Part shown: one piece after another, positions 60,177-64,000 of the stretch
Numbering within the stretch: position 1 is the first letter of the stretch
How the letters are laid out: each line of letters opens with the position of its first letter
Source: Epiperipatus broadwayi
Taxonomy: Eukaryota > Animalia > Onychophora
Direction: 5' to 3'
Length of the DNA: 64,000 bases
Assembly (NCBI GenBank): GCA_028023455.1
Contig: JAQFVV010000002.1
Location: 23,064,001 to 23,128,000, forward strand
Position numbers and translations under genes: made by a program
Notes under the pieces: model-generated
Databases searched by the model: none
The model's input: only the letters and a program-made list of their open reading frames with translations
Told to the model about the DNA's origin: nothing

Positions 60177-62950
60177 CAATGTTTCTTAAACTGTGGGTCA
60201 CGACTCCAAATGGGGTTGAGAAGCGAAAAGTTGGGGTCACAAAAATTTAATTCAGATATATGAAATTAAAGAAATATTAGTTGCAATACCTTCATTATTT
60301 TTAATTTAATATATTACATTTTCTGTACAGCGCAATTATAAAATCGTAATGAATAGTGGTGTCGCATTGCAATTTCAGCATATAAGTTATTTCAGAATCA
60401 AAATATATGCTGCAGTGGCGAGAATAAGGTTGGTACCACTGTGATTATACAATGCATTTCCGATCAAGGTATTTGTTTCAATTTCATTTCAATAAGTGTT
60501 CGCATAGCAAGAACAATATAATATTGTATTTTACTGTTTTACTCGACTAAGGTTAGTATTTATTTGAATAAATTACGAAAGATGTTATTTTTTATATATA
60601 AAAATGCTTGTATACTTTTTTTTTCTTTTTTTTATTCAAAATTTATCATCCTATTAGTTATTATAAAAATTTATTTTTTATTTGAAACTTATTATCATTT
60701 ATTTATTAACAAGTAAAAACATATTTCTATTTTTTAAACTTAACGGGTAATTTATAATTGATTTATTGATATTTTTTAAGTATTAAAAAATAAAACATAC
60801 GGGAATATTAAAAAATAGAACATACGGGAGTAAATATGCTTCATAGAATTAAACAAAAAAACATGGCTGTCACTTGGTGTCTCTGCTAACTAGTAAGTAC
60901 TGTTATTTTATTTATACCCTAGGATAAAAAATACTTTTTACCCATGGATAAATGGCTGAATTTGAGCACTAAAGGTAATGATGCAGATGGCAATGCTACA
61001 GTCTCTTCAAGCAGGATCTCATAATCAGAAAGAGGCATCTAAGATGCGAAAAAGAAAATATGATGAGACATTTCTCCTATCTGGCTTTACTTTCAACAAC
61101 TGTGATGGTAATAACAACCTCTTTGTTTAATTTGTAATGTTTTGTCTATGGAGAGTATGAAACCATCAAAATTAAAAAGGCATTTTGAATTCAAGCATCC
61201 TTCATATGTCAATAAACTAAAAGAATATTTCGAATGACTGTTAAAAACTTCAAATAGAGAAAAACAATATTTTGAGAAATTTATAACTGTTAATGAAAAA
61301 TATTTACTCGCATCATATGAAGTTTCATATCTGATTGCTAAAAATAAAAAGCCATACATCATTGGAGAAGATCTTATATTACCTGCTGCTATTAAAATGG
61401 TAGAAATACTTCACGGAAGTAATTATGGTGATGAAATTTAGAAAATTCCTTTGTCAAATGACACTGCCACTAATAGAATTTCTGAACTTAGTAATAACCA
61501 ATTTGAACAACTTATTACTGGACTTAAAGAAAGCCCAATATTTACAATTCAGTTGGACGAAACAATTGATATTTCAAAAATAGCTCAATTATTAGTATAT
61601 GTCAGATACATTCATAAAGAAAACATTGAGAAAGAATTGTTATTTTGTTATTCTTTGGAAGATTATACAAGAGGGGAAGACATATATAATAAAGTAGACA
61701 AATTTTTTAAAACTGAAGGCTTAGAATAGAAAAATTTCTTTGGAGTATGCACAGATGGTGCAAAACCAATGACTGGTGAAAATATTGTTTTTAAATCATT
61801 TGTTAAAGCTTCTGGTAATAATCATGTAACTTTTACACTCTGCCTGATCCATTGAGAGACCCTTGCAGCAAAAACATTAGCAACGGAATTGAAAGATGTG
61901 AACTTTATTAAAAGCTGTGCCCTTAATAGCCGTTTTATTTTCAAATCTTTGTAAAGACATGGACTCTGAATACAAAAATTTATTATTACATGCAGAAATA
62001 AGATGGATGTCAAGAGGGCAAAGTTTAAGAATATTATTGCTATTAAAAGAAGAAATTATAATACTTTTAACCAAACAAAAATCTGATCTTGCTGCTCTTT
62101 TTCAAAATGACTTATGGCTATCAAAGCTGCACTATTTGTCTGTTATTTTTGAGAAGCTAAATGATCTTAACTTGTCTCTTCAAGGAAAAAATAGCAATAT
62201 TTTTACTTCAAATGATTGAAGGTTTTTTTTTTAAAAAAATCAACATTTAGAAGAATAGGGTAGAAAATGATTTATTGGAAATGTTTTAGACTATCAACAA
62301 TTTTATAATTAGAAAAAAATTATTGTAAAACTTTAATTGCAAAAATTATTATAGATCACTTAAAAATCCTAGAAACACAGATTTGCAAATATTTTATATC
62401 GAATTTAGATTTCAAAAAGTTATCTTGGATTCAACGACTATTTCTAATTGACATTAATGAGATTAATCACCTGCCATATAAAGCGCAAGAGGAATTTGCT
62501 GAGCTATTGAGTGATTCAAACTTAAAACTTGACTTTCCACAAAAATCCTTGACTGAATTCTGGATCGGAGCTAGGACTGAATTTCCCACAATTTCTGAAA
62601 TGGCATTAAATGTTCTTCTGCCATTCAGCACCATATACTTATGTGAAATGACTTTTTCAGCTTTAATGTATATTAAGTCCAAATATCGTTCAATGCTGAA
62701 AAACCTTGAAGATGCTTTACTTCCAGCAGTATCAAATATTTCACCAAGATTTAATTTGTTATGCAGCAAAAAACAAGCACATCCTTCTCATTAAAATGTG
62801 ATTTTCTTTCATTAATTTTTGTATACTTAAAACAAATCCTAAAACAACTTATTTTGAATTATTTATGGGAATATTTATTTCTATATCTATTTTATATTTA
62901 ATATCTAGGGTCATGAAAAAATCTCAATGATAAAAAGGGTCATATAAAAG
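60177..62950 (+). mobile_element. hAT (Charlie/Buster, ZBED8/FAM200-like) DNA transposon, near full length, transposase disrupted
   Basis: 5' end caatgtttcttaaactgtgggtcacgac preceded by ttctaaac. Transposase ~60950-62794: BED finger PLCLIC...MKPSKLKRH, QLDETIDIS..QLLVYVRY, CTDGA, CLIH, EIRWMSRG, LPFSTIYLCEMTFS. Several stops and frameshifts; the 3' TIR is eroded. Confidence 0.93.
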
Positions 62951-64000
62951 AAAAATAATCAGAAATTCACAAGAAATTTTAGCATCAGAAGTGACAGATC
63001 TGATCACCACCTGTGGATTTCACCTACAGAGCATGTATCACTGTGCTAAACTATGCAATGCAATTTAATAGAAACTTGTGCTAATGATTAAAAATATCTC
63101 ATTCATAATTCATGGAAATTTGTTCATATTAAACAATTTCTACATGATTGCATAAGAAAAAGCACTATTAAAAGTGATAAAAAATTTGAGGCATTTAAAA
63201 TGAAAGCTGACATTAAATAAATGTACTATGATTAATAATAGTCTTTGGAACAATTATTAGGCAATTTCAATAACCAGGCATCAAAATGCAATAGATTTGA
63301 TGATAAGAGTTTTTAATTTGAAATGATTAAAAGCAAAAACAAGAATTGCAGCTTTCTATATCTAATTTCTTAATAAATTTCAACATTTATGAATACAAAA
63401 TTTTTACATATACAAAAAAAAAAAAATTTCTTAATGGCAATTTCCTTCTCACAACAGCAATTTCCATAATAAAAATCTGACTTTGGCATTTTCTTATTCC
63501 CTTTTGCAAAATTATGCTTTCAAATAGTACATTTTAATAAAAAAATCCAAACTATTATCATTTGTCTGAAAGTTTGCTATGATGACATTTTACTACTAAT
63601 TATATACTGAACTATTTCCATCACATAGTTTTAACTGTTATATGTCATTATAAAAAATTTCAAATTTCATTTAAACTTTTCAAATACATTAAAGTGTTAA
63701 TAATAACATATAGGTTACTAAATAACTTTGATGTAAAAAGTTTATTCACAAATGCACCCTGTGATGAAGCAATGTCTAGTGTAAGAAAAAGTAAAGATTA
63801 AAAAAGGATAATCACAACCAAATCAATTCTTCTTAGTGATAGCACAATGAAACATTCTACAAAAGACAGCATATTTTCAATGCAGCATAGAATTCTTCTA
63901 TCAAAATCAAATGATAACTATGGGATCACAATTGTCATGCTAATCAGCAACATTTGCAAAGAACAACTTGAAATTGTAGATCATACATACTACTCGTCTT

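Overview
Very AT-rich eukaryotic (metazoan, probably invertebrate) genomic DNA, mostly decayed transposable elements. The only host coding sequence I can support is one 125-bp minus-strand exon of calcineurin A (PP2B catalytic subunit, 4156-4280). No neighbouring exon was recognised, so the window appears to be largely intronic. TE content: RTE/RTE-X/BovB-type LINE relics, three LTR elements (a gag-only element with ~1.9-kb LTRs and a tRNA-Pro PBS, and two Mag-like Ty3/Gypsy relics), three hAT relics, a Tc1/mariner-type MITE, a minisatellite-bearing element and a four-layer TE nest. The most notable signal is a set of Penelope-like/retrozyme-type insertions carrying hammerhead-ribozyme (HHR) motifs, mostly as fold-back palindromes with 10-16 bp target-site duplications (TSDs). 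These include a 1.75-kb alternating-orientation array of a 455-nt unit with well-formed type I HHRs, a tRNA-headed HHR element, and two separate insertions whose HHR core reads AUGAUUA instead of CUGANGA (an apparent compensatory A3-U8 pair). All calls come from manual reading. No searches, alignments or folding programs were run, and the boundaries of old elements are approximate.
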